A stretch of DNA of 60,720 bases, the filler included, from Sphacelaria rigidula (Eukaryota), in the NCBI GenBank assembly GCA_964200075.2. It is 7 parts of 7 records of this genome, joined end to end, with 100 filler letters (N's around TTAATTAATTAA, not from the genome) between each part and the next. Parts side by side here need not be neighbours in the genome. Positions count along the whole stretch, not along the records: positions 26,068 to 34,656 come from CAXNAA020010682.1; positions 34,757 to 43,344 come from CAXNAA020010683.1; 5 more parts are not named here. The stretch is one strand, 5' to 3'. Positions 26,068 to 38,534 of this stretch are shown here, piece by piece (the first letter of the stretch is position 1; the number at the start of each line of letters is the position of its first letter). Below the pieces are notes generated by a model. It made no database searches and had not been told where the DNA came from. It worked only from the letters and a program-made list of their open reading frames with translations. Made by a program: the position numbers and the translations under genes.

Positions 26068-29000
26068 AAACACCAGGCATCTGTTCCTTCGTACATCCTC
26101 AATCAACTTCTCCCAGACTTGAGGCATGTGTTCTTCGATACTGCGGTGATTACCGTATTTCAGTGCTCCTCGAAGATCGGGAACGCTAGACGATGTGTTC
26201 ATTGGGACTCCGTACTCAATCATATGCAGGGGTTCTCGTATCCGAGGGAAGTGTTTTTGGTTTCCGAAATACTCGTGGACGTCTCTCAAGTTCATCGGCG
26301 GTCACACCAGAGTGCCGCCGAGCTTCTTTGCTACATCTCCGATTCTTCCGTGGTTGAGTCGGACGAGGCTCGTGCAGGTGGCGGCTAGGTCTGTGATGAT
26401 GCGTTTCATTTCTGTTAGGTCTATGTGTGTATTCGAGAGTTCTTGCTGTTGCTGTTTCCACCGGGTATTGAGGTTTTTGCTTGGGTGGTCTGTGTGTCCG
26501 GTTGGGCTTCGGTGGCGTGTGGTCCCAACTGGAGGTGAATTTTCACCGATCCGAAATTTCGCCTCCCGATGATCTCCTTATTATCGGTGTTATTATTCTT
26601 TTTCTCTGCGGGCTTCTCACTCGTGAACGTGTGCGAGCCGTTGTCTGGGGCTACTTGTGTGTAACTGTTGGTCAACGGTTTTGTTTTAGTGCACCGGGTG
26701 CTGTTTTGAACTCGTGCACGCTTTCCGCTCGTCAACATGGACGTGCCGTTATCCAGGGTTCCCTCGGAAGTGCCAGACAACGGGTCTTCTTCTGCACCTC
26801 TATGTTCTTTTGCTCCCCTTAAGTCACTGGTTATCGAGTTTGCACGCTTTGTGCTTGTCAACATGGACGTGCCGTTGTTCAGGGTTTCCTTGGAACTGCC
26901 GAACGCCGGGTCTTCTTCTGCACTGGGTGCGATACGAATTTAACGGGGAGCATGAGTTATGTTATTGTCTGATCTACCGACGTTCAGGGTTACCTGTGCG
27001 TAACTGCCTACAGCCGGATCTGTTTCTACACGTCTCCTGTCTGTGGGGATGTGCGAAGTGGCTTTGGCGTGGTGTCTGCGTGTACTACTGTTGTTTTCGC
27101 TAGTCATGGACGGGCGAATTTCCTGATCTTGTTGCTGACTTACCTGTGCACGCTCGTGCGTTCCGTTGTATCTCAATGTCGATTGGTTACTGTGGTCGTG
27201 CGGGCCGTTGTTCGCGTGTTTGTTGTTTTTCGTGTCATTGCGTGGGGCGGTGGTCTCATCGAATATCTCATGCGTGTGAGCTCTACCGTCCAATCTAGTG
27301 TACCCTGCCGGCATTTGCTTGTTACAGTACGTCTTGGTGGGGTTGGTCATCGACTTTTTTGTCGGGCGTGGGTAATGCGGAATGGGACTACGCGATCTAC
27401 CCCTGTGACGTGCTTTAGGGCTGCTATATGTGTTGGTACTTCTGCTCTCACCATGAAAGAAGCTTGCCGCCACCGACCCCGGTTGGGGGGCCTGGGCGAT
27501 ACCCACCGATCTCGCTGAGTTCGTGACCGGTGCTCCTCCTCCCCCCAGACTGGTAGGCCCCCCCGACTGGCGGAGCCCACACCCTCAGGTGCCCCGCCCA
27601 GCTCCGCCATTTCCGCCGAAGTTGTGGGGAAAGCGCGCCACTGTACTCGCTGCGGCCGCCGGTGCCGCTGGTGCCGATGGTTTTGCCGTCGCCACCGTCG
27701 GGGCTGTTGGAATTATCTGGAACGCCGCTGGCGGCTGGAGGGGAGGGCCTTTGACGGCTTCATGCTTGCTGGTGTGGTCCGGGAGGCGGCAACCGCACCC
27801 CCGTGGGCATATGAGGCTCTGCCAAGCTCGCAAGCAAACGCCTGCCGGCGGGGCCCATGACGCCAGTTCCGTGTTGAAATCGGTGTTCGGTGGCGTGAGG
27901 TGTTGCCACTGGGGCGGGTACGACGGAGGGTGAGGAGCGAAGCGTTTGACCGCGCTGCTCGTGTCCCCGTCAGGGAGCGCCTCCCGCTTGACGGCTGTTT
28001 TGGAGGCGGGCTGCGCGGGTGAGCCTGCTACCGTGAGCCCGGGGTGTTGGCGACGAATGAGGCTGCTGGGATGGCCGTCAGTGGTGAGCGTCTTCACGCG
28101 GGTGAATGCTGGTACCGGCGCCGCGGGGCCCTGCCCGTTGGTGCGTAGGGTGGCGGGAGACTCCATCCGCAAATTCACCCCATCGTCTCTGTGTAGAACG
28201 GCGTAGTTTCTCCCGGTGTACGCGTCCAGCGCCGGCGCCATCCTCGTCAGCTCTCCTGGGATGAAAGCTCTCCTATCCCGCCCGCCGTCGTTTGTCGGTG
28301 GTGCCGAACTTGATGATGATGGCCAGCGCCTTGGTGAATGTGTCGACATGAACCTCGGCGCGAAAGTAGGGCTTTTTTATGCCAGGCGGCACCGGGGAGT
28401 GGAAGTTGGTGACGTCTACGTCGGTCACCGTCTGGAGGTTGGTCAGCATGCCCCGGTTGGTGTCGGACACGTCGCGGAGATTGAGTTTCAAGTTTGTATC
28501 AGACATGGGAATGGAAATGGAGACCCCGCCCCTGAGAATGTGGAAGAGTGCCTTGTTTTCGTCCGAGAGCCAGCTGTTGATCTCCCGCTTCTCCTGCATT
28601 TCTTCGGCCTTCTTGTACTGGCAGGGGCGGTGTTGGCCGCTCCCATTGCGTGCATGAGTTGTTGGATCTGTCCCCCTCCCCCACCACTGAGAAGCTGGAG
28701 GAGTTGGTGGACCGGGGATTGCGGCTGTGCTTGGTAGTATTGCTGTGGTTGATGTTGATGGAGTTGTTGTACGTGGTGCTGGTCCGGCTGCGGTTGCTGA
28801 TGGTGCTGCTGCGGCTGCTGCTGCGGCTGCTGCTGCGGCTGTGGCTGCTGCGGCTGTTGGTGTTGGTGCTGCGGCTGTTGGTGCTGCTCGTGCTGCTGAG
28901 GTTGATGATGTTGCTGTTGCTGTTGCGGTTGTTGGTGATGGTGGTATGGCTGCAGCTGTTGGTGTTGGCGATGCGGTAGCGGTCCTCCGATGGGTGGCGG

Positions 29001-29566
29001 CAGTGGGACGTTGGGTGTGAGCAGGGGAAGCCCGTTTACTCTTCCCCCCGATATGTGCTGTTGCTGTGCGGCGCTCGCCGGCTGCCGGCCGGCCCCGCCT
29101 TGGGCGGCCCCGCCTTGCGATTGTGGTTTTCCGTACTGGAGAAGATGTACCTGCTGTTGAAGGGTCGAAATTTCTTGGCTCTGCTGCTGCTGTCTGTGAA
29201 GGTTTTGCTGGTGTGCTGCTCTATGTTGATGTTCGTTTTCACCTGTGCCTGCAGGATTTGAGCTAGAATGTCTGATGGCTGACTTGGACCAGGTGGGGGT
29301 CCGAGTGGTGGTGGGGGGGGTGCTGGTGCGTCAGTGTTCGACTGGCCTGCACTACCCTGCGGGCAGGCGTGCTGGTTGACGGAGATCGGGTTGCTGTGCG
29401 TGCCTCCGGCTTGTAGTGCCGGGACTCGGCCTGGTTTCCGTCCTGCGGCCCTTCCCTCTTTTGCTCCTGCCGTTGCTCGAGCTCCTGGTGTGCCCCTGTG
29501 CTGGTGTTGGCCTTGGCTTTACGAAGCTGCTCCTGCTGCTGCTCCCGATGCTGATATGTCGTCCAT
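26068..29566 (-). mobile_element. DIRS/Ngaro-like retrotransposon, 5' half: disrupted gag-like ORF and start of RT
   Basis: At 26068-26295, HFPRIREPLHMIEYGVP...ALKYGNHRSIEEHMPQVWEKLIEDVRRNRCLVF matches the pre-RT region also seen on + near 31550. Upstream is a broken Pro/Gln-rich ORF from ATG 29566 with a CCCH-like motif CLRAWQSLICPRGCGCRLPDH. A ~120-bp tandem duplication lies at 26715-26925. Confidence 0.7.
28735..28975. repeat. (GCT/GTT/GGT)n low-complexity triplet tract (Gln/His/Pro-rich on minus strand)
   Basis: Visible triplet repeats inside the gag-like region. Confidence 0.85.
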
Positions 29567-30259
29567 TGTAACAATCGATCAAGTGCCAGGGACTACTGTA
29601 CTACTGACACTGCTGGCGTGTCGCTGTCTGGTTGACTCGTCTCGAGTGGCACTGTCTGCTTCTTTGGTGCTCTTGCACCAGACCAGTCTCGCTCGCTTGA
29701 ACCAACTCTGCGGCGTTTGCGCCTTGCACACGCGATCCTTATATCTTGTTTCAACTTTGGCATACGCCAGAGTACATCCCTTATAATTCGTTATCCGCCA
29801 ACACAAACCTCGTATTTGTGCTGAATACACCCAATCATCGCGTCCCGCAACTGGCGCACCGAACCAAATTACGCACTTTTTTAGGTAGAATCTATACATT
29901 TTGGGCTACACAATGCGCCAGCTGCAGACCAGGTTAACCCAGCGTGGCCGACACACATCGCCGTAAAAGCAGGGCACGAACGACAGCAACGCTATTCGTG
30001 CCACCCAATGCAGTAGTTTGTCACCTAAACGTCACCTTTCCAGCCAGAAATCTGCGCCGACGCTCCCGCCTTGAACACAGCATTTCAGTGGTGTCGCCTG
30101 TCGGACCGGAACTCCTTCGTGGGGGGCTCTCCGCTCGTCCTAACCACGCCTACTTTTGCGGCTTGCTCCATCCAAAACCTTGTACAATGATCTTTGTATG
30201 CGGGAATCTTGGTTTTTGGCTTGCATTTGTTTTTTCGGCCTAAGGCTACTCTTACGTAT

Positions 30260-30450
30260 CAAAAAATGGAACTTGTTGAAAAGTGCATTTTTGGCCCGTT
30301 TCCGTCGTTTTTCCCCCGAAAGGAGGACGAGGCGGCTGTTGACACCTTCGAATGACTTGCTCTACTCGCCGAGACGGTTCCTGAGCACCTTTGCGTTTCC
30401 CGTAGGTCACGGTTTCGGTTTCGGCCAAACTTGCATTTTTAATAAATAAC
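30260..30450. repeat. Single arm of the foldback family at 52727-53173
   Basis: ttttggccc.t.tccgtcgtttt...ggcggctgttgac.c.tc.aatgacttgctc.actc is shared with ~52760-52900. Confidence 0.75.
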
Positions 30451-32299
30451 GGTCAAGTCTTGGTCAAGTTACCAAAAACAGGCTCGATTCTGTGTTAGGG
30501 AAGAATCGATGTTTTGTGCAGAAGCGGGAAGAATTTTCCCAGAATTTTATAGTGGTTGCGGTATCTAGAAGCCATTTCAGTACACATTGACGTGCAAGAT
30601 TGCCTGTGTGATAAACCCAGTGAGTCAGTTCAGTGAGGGAGAAGCAGTAAGGTACAAGGGCAAGTGCATCCACGATGTAGTGACAATGATGGTGTCTGGG
30701 TCGAAGTCGAGGTTTATGAGATCCGGGAGACGGATGTGGTGCGACCATCGTTTGGTGACAGCATCGCGAATCGATATTGTCTGAGATTTTTACAAGCGGC
30801 GTCACCAAATCATCAAATCAGGACCAAATCAGCAAATCAGGACGGCATCACCGAATCACCAAATCAGGCCGCCGGGGCGGGCGGACATGGCAAACACAAG
30901 GTTAGGAGAGAGTCGACACATCCCCAAGTCTACCCTCCTATAAGGATCCCATATCTACGTTCATGGAGTTGATACACGGGAATAGTTCTGCGTCAGTTCC
31001 AGGCTTTTGCAGTTCTTTGCCTTGTGTTGAACCGAGGAGTGTTGAACCGGCTGGCCTCCCGGCGCTGGCTCTATTACATCAGCGGCTACAGCAGGTCGTA
31101 TGTATCTCATGATGTGGCACCGGCGTAGCTCCGCCGTCCGGCCGTGGTGCCGTCAGACAGGCCGGCTGCACGATAAGAGTAGCCTGGCGCGCTAGCCGGG
31201 CGCTAACGCGGCACGACGAATTTGCAGGTCCAGGACGACAGGGCGAATTTGCAGGTGCTGATTGGGATGATAATGGACACTGCAAGTCCGGTTCGCCAGT
31301 CGTACCGCTCTCGTTCCCGCTGGAGGTGGCGCGTGGCGCTCAGGGGGGGCAGCAAAGGCAATCGCCACAACAGTGAGCTGCTGATGCCTGGTTCCATGAC
31401 TCAAAAGGTATGAAAAGACAATTGCGTATCCTCACTGTGGAATACGGGCTGTCCCGCACCTCACCAGGCTACCTTGTTACGTATGTATGACGGTGGTGTT
31501 GGGATGGTTGTCACCCGTCCGTATAGGCAAGGACTTATTTGGGTCTCAGGTGGATTTGCAAAGCACCCGTCCATAGTTCCGCGACTGGAAGAGGTTTCCT
31601 CGAATGTGTGTTGGTGTGTGTGTCACAACGGGGGGTACCCAATGATGTCATGGCACGTGAGAATTTGGCTCATGCATTAGGGTGTGTGGATCATATGATG
31701 GCGTGTGCGCCTGAATGAGGCATTCGCGCTGGCGTTCGACGTGAGGCGGGTCTTGGATATTACAAATTTCTGTGTCTCCATATTGGGGGTTGTAGTGCAC
31801 CATATATTTCGCATCATTTATGATCTCACCTTTTCCCTGGTTCATCGCCGCACACGAGCATTGACGTGGACCCCGAATTTCTACAGGCACTATCTTGTGA
31901 GATACACGGGAATCGTACGAAGTTCTGCTACTTATTGTGTCCTTGCGGTAAATTTGGCCCCGCAGCGCGCACTGTGATTAGTATGCTGTACTTGATGTCA
32001 AAGGGGCGTTTTCGCCAGGTGCTGTGGACTCGGCACGCGCCGCGTATTTCGGCTGTGCATTCGGGGATATGGCTGTAGCTACCTGTGTTTGGAATTCGGG
32101 TGGCGCAGCTGTTCAGGTCTCCTCTGTTGTTCTGTCCTCCCTTTTCTGTTCCCCCTATTTTCCTCAGCAATGGTTTCAGTCGTTTTGTCTTGGGTACATT
32201 CATCATGTAACCGTCGATGGATCCTTGGGGGGTCGGTTAATTTGCGGCTATCGAATCAACACCGATGATATCTTGGGGGGTCGGTTAATTTGCGGAGAT

Positions 32300-32385
32300 C
32301 GAATCAAATCAAATCAAATCAAATCAAATCTAATCAATTCTTGAGGGATCGTTTCATTTGCGGCAATCGAATCAAATCAAATCAA
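32300..32385. repeat. (AAATC)n microsatellite with short duplicated flanks
   Basis: gaatcaaatcaaatcaaatcaaatcaaatc; ggggggtcggttaatttgcgg occurs twice just upstream. Confidence 0.85.
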
Positions 32386-32976
32386 CTGGCAGCAGTCCCG
32401 GACTTCACGGCTTGATGACGGCTGCCTTTGAGCATTCGTACATCAGCATCCCCTTCTTTCTTCCGCGCATGCGGTGACAGACACCGGCCGCCGTGCACCT
32501 CAGTCTGTCAAGATGGCACAGTGGCGTATTGCCACTCTGTCCATGAACGGTGAGGCAGTTCCGAGAGGGTGGCGGCAGGATTGGTCATCCCTCTTGCATG
32601 TGTATCTATGTTGATGACGGTATACTGGTGGAAGTTTTTTGTTTTTCCCAGGCGGCGAATGATGTTTGGAGCGAGACCCTTATTTTATGATCATGTTCGT
32701 TCTCTGAGCGAGCCTTGTTTGATGCAAAGAGCGAAATGTCGGCCTCGGATACAATACACGATTGGAAGTACTGGGTTTGGTGGTTGATGCTGACTCCCTT
32801 GCTATTTGGCATTCAGAGGCAAATAGCAACAAATTACGAAGGCGTGGTTGCAGTGGCCTCGAGAACGTAGGGGTATATCAGAGAGAGACATTTCGTCGTT
32901 GACTGGTTTTCTGCTGCACGTCTCGTTTATTTCACGCCCGGGAAAGCCCTTTGTTTACCGCATGCTCGCATTGGCT

Positions 32977-33460
32977 GGGGTGCGCCGCCCCTCCCCGTCC
33001 GGTGTTGTGACAGGGGATGGTTTTCAAAGAGGGCGGCGACGATGTCGCGGGTGGTGGTGTTGGGCCCGTATCGACTGGGGTGCGCCGCCCCTCCCCGTCC
33101 CCTGTTGTGACGGGGGATGTTTTCAAAGAGGGCGGCGACGATGTCGCGGGTGGTGGTGTTGAGCTCGAATCGGCTGTGGTGCGCCGCCCCTCCCCGTCCC
33201 CTGTTGTGACAGGGGATGTTTTCGAAGAGAGCGGCGACGATGTCGCGAGCGATGATATTGGGCCCGAAATTTCATGATGATACAGACGTGCGGTGTTGGT
33301 TGGTTGACGATGGATTGTCGCTGTATAGAGCAGCATCATCGTAATCCCCCGTGAATATATCCTCGTCCCGAGTTGTGACGGGGGATGCCTGACAAAAAAA
33401 AACGGAGAAGAAGAAAAGGGCGCCGACGATGGCGCGGGTGGTGGTATTGAGCCCCGAGGT
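32977..33460. repeat. ~100-bp tandem repeat, 3 copies plus a diverged fourth
   Basis: tgcgccgcccctccccgtcc.. starts at 32981, 33081 and 33180. A decayed copy lies near 33360. Confidence 0.9.
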
Positions 33461-34656
33461 TCACGACGACCCAGCGTGTGGCGTTGCGTCGTTGACTATG
33501 GATTGTCACGGCGTGGAACAGCATAACATCCCTGGTATAACGGTTGGTGTTGCACCTGCCCATGTTGTCCTTGCCGTCGGATGCGTCGGACGCGGCTGTC
33601 AGGGGCTATTGTTTGCCGTCGGGCATGTGGCGGCGGTGTGACTTTACCGCCGAGGAAAAAAGCGCATGTTGAATGTCCTCCTGTGCACTCGGATGATGAT
33701 ATTCGACCAATGTAATGGAACGATTGGGTACGGTAATGTCGGCGTCGGTAATATTTCTTCTGTGCAGGAGACGTCCACGGTTACGTGCTGGTTGTGTGCG
33801 GTTGTAAGGAGACAACTCGTACGCCGTAATGTGGGTATGAATAAGCGTAGAGCGGTGAGGAGCCGCGTTCGGGTGCTGAGATACGCATGCTTGGCGTGCT
33901 GGAAATCGACTTGGGCTTGGTGTTGAGACGACGCATGTTCCAAAAATTCCAATGATGTGGCTGAAGCAATTTGTGGTGGCTCATGGATGGTGTTTCCGCT
34001 AACCTTTTGTCCCTCTGTCCCGGTATTCAATGGCATATGCAGGACACCAGGACAGAGTGGAGGCATCCGTGTTCGGGCTTTTGGACTCGGGCTCGTCCAA
34101 AATGCCTTTGCGCGGTCGTCTGCGACAACGTACTAGGGATATTCGTTCATTGAGAATACGTTGATGGAATTGAAACGTAAGCGCGTTGTGATGAAAACAT
34201 AGCAAAGAGTTTGGCGGCCGCTTCATTGTCGGTGCTGTTGGACGGGGAACAATTGTCCCTTGCGTGGGGCCCGGGTGGTCACGTGTTTTAGTTGGGTATC
34301 TGTGCCTCCTTTTCCCTTGACGAGATCACACCGGATGTGTACCTATCCTGTTTCATTCTCATCACCCAGTAAACCTGTGCGCAGAAGTGATTTGGCATTT
34401 TATGGGGAAAACGCAGTTGCGTCCACGTGCTTGGAACAACGGTAGAATTCTGATATGGACTCGGCATGATGCGGTGACTACGTCGCGGCAAGTGGCGGTG
34501 TTGGCTGGGCTAACGCCTGCAGAGTTGTACATTGGTGGCACCAGACACTTGTCCGCAGCAGGAGTGACCTTAAGGATGTTGCAAAATAAGGTACGAGTAA
34601 ATGCTATTTGCGGTTTGGGGTCAGAAGCTTTCGCCGATCGGCGTAGAAGTGGGATC

Positions 34657-34756
34657 NNNNNNNNNNNNNNNNNNNNNNNNNNNNNNNNNNNNNNNNNNNN
34701 TTAATTAATTAANNNNNNNNNNNNNNNNNNNNNNNNNNNNNNNNNNNNNNNNNNNN
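34657..34756. other. Artificial contig-joining linker
   Basis: N44-TTAATTAATTAA-N44. Confidence 0.98.
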
Positions 34757-35078
34757 GCGACGCGCCGTGGTATGTTCGGCGAGTCGCACGAGGGGTGAGC
34801 TGTATCCTGCTAAGATTGTTCGACCCGAAGCCTACTGATTTTCTTGCATTTGGATGACAGCCTGCAATGAGCTGCTTTATTCTGTGGTATTGCCACTTCC
34901 AGAGACAGCCACGGCTTATACACTGCCTCATGGGTGGGTATGGGGGAGATGGGGGTATGCTTTTACGACGAGACGTCCGACCCCCTTGGGTGGTACAGCA
35001 CACTTTTGTTGTGGTCAGTTGTTCACCGGTTCGTTCACGTACTGATTTATTCTCTTTCCTGTTTCGCCTGTTCTGCAG

Positions 35079-36829
35079 GTAACGAAGGAGCGCGACACGG
35101 TCAAGGCCATCCAGGCGGCCAGTTCGTACCCGTTGAGCATCATCATGATCGGAGTGGGAGAGGGACCGTGGGACACATGTCGGGAGTTCGACAACCGCTT
35201 GCCTGGCAGGTGGGTTCGATCTCGTCAAGCAGACAGGGTGATCGACACAACTCGTCCTGTCCGTGAAGGGCTTTCGCTTGTACGTCGATGGCGTGGCATC
35301 GCGCATTTTCTTCATCTGACGGTTCAACTTCGAAGGAGTTGAGGCTGCCTTTTCCTTGTCTATGTCCTTGTTCACGGCATTTGCTGCGGCTGTCCACCGT
35401 GGAGCTTCTTGATCGCGCCGTAGATCGCGGGTCTCTAGAGACTCTTGGCCGAATCATATCCATGACTCGCGATCGTAAACGTCATCGTCGGGTCATGTGT
35501 GTCTGTTCTCGTTCTGGTTATTTTTTGTCAGGCGGTTCGATAACTTCCGATTCGTGGAGCATCGACGCCTCAGGCGCGGGGACGCCGAGGCTCTTGCTCT
35601 ATCGGCGCTGGCAGAAGTGCCGGATCAGTATCGTGCGATTTGCAAATTGGGGCTCCTGGCAGGTTTGACATCACGCACAGGGCACGAGGGGGGAGATAGG
35701 AAGCTGGCGGAGATAAATCAGTCGTGAATCGATCGAGTGTGATGCATTTTTTGCCTTGGCCTTATCTTCAACAGAGAGCGTGAATAGTTGACTGACGAAA
35801 ATATATCATGACGCTAGAATCGACTCACCAAGAAGAAAATATGGACAATGCAACGCAGGGAAGGCAGGTGGCGGTATCACTCCTGCGGCGGCGGCGACGG
35901 CGACGGCTGGAGGCGGTGCTGTCGCGTCTATTCCCGCTGCGCGATACACAGCCGGTGGAGGGGGGAGGGCTACGTCATCGTCTTCATTCGCTGCCAGTGC
36001 TCCTTCCAGCGATTTTGACGAGGACGATGATGTACCGGAGGAATATATATGCCCGCTCACGCTGGAGGTGCGTATAGCACCGTGGTTGGCTTTTTTTGAG
36101 GTAGTCCGGCGTAACGTGAGCACGTAGCACGGCGAAAAATATGTGACATCGGTTTTTATGTCAAGCTAGACTGTCTGTGTTCGAGAAAAAATGTTTTGGC
36201 GAGATTCACATTACTCGTGCTGTAAGTGTAGGTGGGAAGAACGAGGAGAAATCATATGTTTGCTTTACGGGGGACAGATGATTCGGGCGTTTCACTGGTT
36301 CTCAATGTTTTCGCGGAATAAGTAAGGATACGTAGTTTCTGCGCCACGTGCAGAAAATGTTGAAGCATACCGTAAGTACGTAGCCCCTGGCTCGTGCAGT
36401 GTTGCAAGCTCAGCTCTGATCATCGTTGTGCTATCCAACGGCAACATGGACGAACACTATAGCAACCCTTAAAAAAAAACTAGGCTTGAGGACGAACCTC
36501 TCCCTCCCAATGAAATCGTGCATGTGCAGAAGTATTGTAACTCCCTGTGCGTACAAAGGGCCTGCCTGTTCGCTTCCTCCTCACTGCCTGCTGAGCCTTC
36601 CCCCCCTCCCCCCCCCCCCTCCTCCACCTGTCCCTGCGGTAAACAGATCATGATGGACCCGGTTGTGTGCGAGGACGGACATTCATATGAACGCCGGGCG
36701 CTGGAGGCGTGGCTAAGAAGCAACAACACGAGCCCCATGTCCAACGCGCATCTGAGCACGACCATGGTGGTGCCTAACCATGCTCTGCGGAACAGTATCG
36801 AAGCTTTCCGGAAGACGAGGGGATACTAG
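35079..36829 (+). CDS. Copine/vWA-domain + C-terminal U-box protein (RGLG-like E3 ubiquitin ligase), 3' part
   Basis: Exon 35079-35209: [43 protein letters not shown]. Exon from 35532 to 35662 or 35723: RRFDNFRFV...[18 protein letters not shown]. Exon from ~35818 or 35859 to 36067: Gly/Ala linker, then [13 protein letters not shown]. Exon 36647-36829: [36 protein letters not shown]...[12 protein letters not shown], stop. The junction between the second and third exons is ambiguous. Confidence 0.85.
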
Positions 36830-38534
36830 CAGTTTTGTGTACAGGAGTCCACTTTTGTAGATGATAAATGATGAAAAAAAAATGTACGACGGTCTGAGCT
36901 CAGCACGCCCTGTTATAGTCGGCTTCCCATTTGATGGCACTGACTAAGTTGTGTGAAGAGAGGGTGGGTGCTGTTCTTTCTCCGCTGACGTTTACCCGTC
37001 CACTCCATCCAGTGTGGAGGTCTGCTAAGGATGCAGCCATGCTGTTCGTGGGAGTCAGCCAGCGCAAGCTCTGCGCCGTGTACTAGGGCTTTCGCTGCAG
37101 GGAATGAATGTGCAGTAGATATTCCCAGCTCCGCGGTGTTCTCCGGGGACAACGCCTACAACACCACGAAATTTCTGAAACTCAGCCATCGTGGTAACAG
37201 CAGGCGTGTTCGTTGCTGATGACACGACTATTCGTATGTATCCACGCGTCGTATTCGTGCTGGTGTTGCGTACTTGCCATTTTGGTCTAATGCTGTGATG
37301 CACGTAGGTCGTTGTGTGGAGGGGGACGTGGCACATGAGACGTCTCGCTAAGCGCTGGCGTCCTTGGCGCCCGGGCACTCGGGTTATTGTATGCACCGTA
37401 GCTAGTGTATCGAGAGACCCTGTTGGTATGTGTGTTTGCACGATGCTCTACGGTCCTCTAGAGGTGGAGCCATGTGCGGGTGCATTCTGTCAGTAGGTGT
37501 ATGTGCACCCTAACCTTGGATTTCTACCTTGGCCCACCGGTGAAAAACGAACAGAGGGAAGAACTTTCACGCAGCGATGTAATCCAGAGCCACGTCGCTC
37601 TTCTTCTGTGAGAACATCTTGCGCCGTTTTCCTAACGGATTGATTGATTTCTGCTTCCTGTTCGCGCTGAGGAGGGCATTATGCGACAAGTGCAGAACAG
37701 TGCTGAAAGTAGGAATTCGAGTATACAGTATAGGACTGCCTCACGATACTGATGTGGCTGGCGTCTTATCCGAGGCAGTCAGTACAGACAGCGCAGCCAG
37801 CAAAACGACCGCAACAGTGCGGTACCAGCAGTGACAACAAGGATGACGACGGTCACCAACCAAGGATAAAGATCTAAAACAATTTGATTTTCGCAGTACT
37901 GTTCTTGTTGCATGGTCTGTACAAAACAAGGCAGCACATACTTCACCGCAAAAAACGAGAGGGGTGCTTCCCGTACAACAATATCGACACAATTCAGTAC
38001 ATTCGCTTGTCGAATGATAGAGCTGGGCTTTCGTCATCGGGTGATGCTGGGCGTTCGGATGCAGTAGTGTCGGCTGTCGGCTGTCGGCTACCAACCCTGA
38101 ATCCTGCGTCTTGCATCACTATTACGTCGAACCGTAACATGTGTTTTTGACGGTTACGGCTAAATTTTCGTAATGTCATGATGTCATCGATCTGTGTGTT
38201 TGTTGCTNNNNNNNNNNTGCCTGTTCGCAATGAGCAGCCGCACACACGCCAAAAGCTCCCCACACGCACTTTTTCTATTCGCGTTGTGCACAAGACACGT
38301 GTGCTAGATATCACCCTAAATCTTCGTATCACAAGCCTGTGCGTTTTCAATCTCCAGTGCACGCGAAGGCAGAGAAGGTAGCTCACAAAGGCGGGATTGA
38401 CAGCATACCTATCTTGCTCAGGGTTGGTCGGCAGTGTACTGATTTTACACGATACCGAGGTTCTTGGATACCCAGCCAGACAGTTTTTGCAACAACAAAA
38501 AGCACAGTCAGCGGATTGACAACAGTACGGCACA

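Larger units (their letters stand above)
31480..34656 (+). mobile_element. Degenerate DIRS/Ngaro-like retrotransposon with RT, RNase H and tyrosine recombinase remnants
   Basis: Motifs appear in the expected order. RT: KHPSIVP, LGVVVHHIFRIIYDLTFS, KFGPAARTVIS, DSARAAYFGCAFGD, CLEFGWRS, then QWPRERRGISERDISSLTGFLLHVSFISRPGKPFVYRML. RNase H: LSDAS..AVRGYC and GDNSYAVMWV. YR C-terminus: VRRSDLAFY and WTRHDAVTTSRQVAVLAGLTPAELYIGGTRHLSAAG, with the HSLR motif lost. There are many stops and frameshifts. Confidence 0.85.

Noticed and set aside
28650-29020. Leu-rich and Ala/Val-rich plus-strand ORFs as membrane proteins
   Set aside because: They are antisense shadows of the Gln/His-rich triplet tract.
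35789-35791. Selenocysteine recoding of the TGA
   Set aside because: It lies in a linker with no redox motif, and I could not identify a SECIS.
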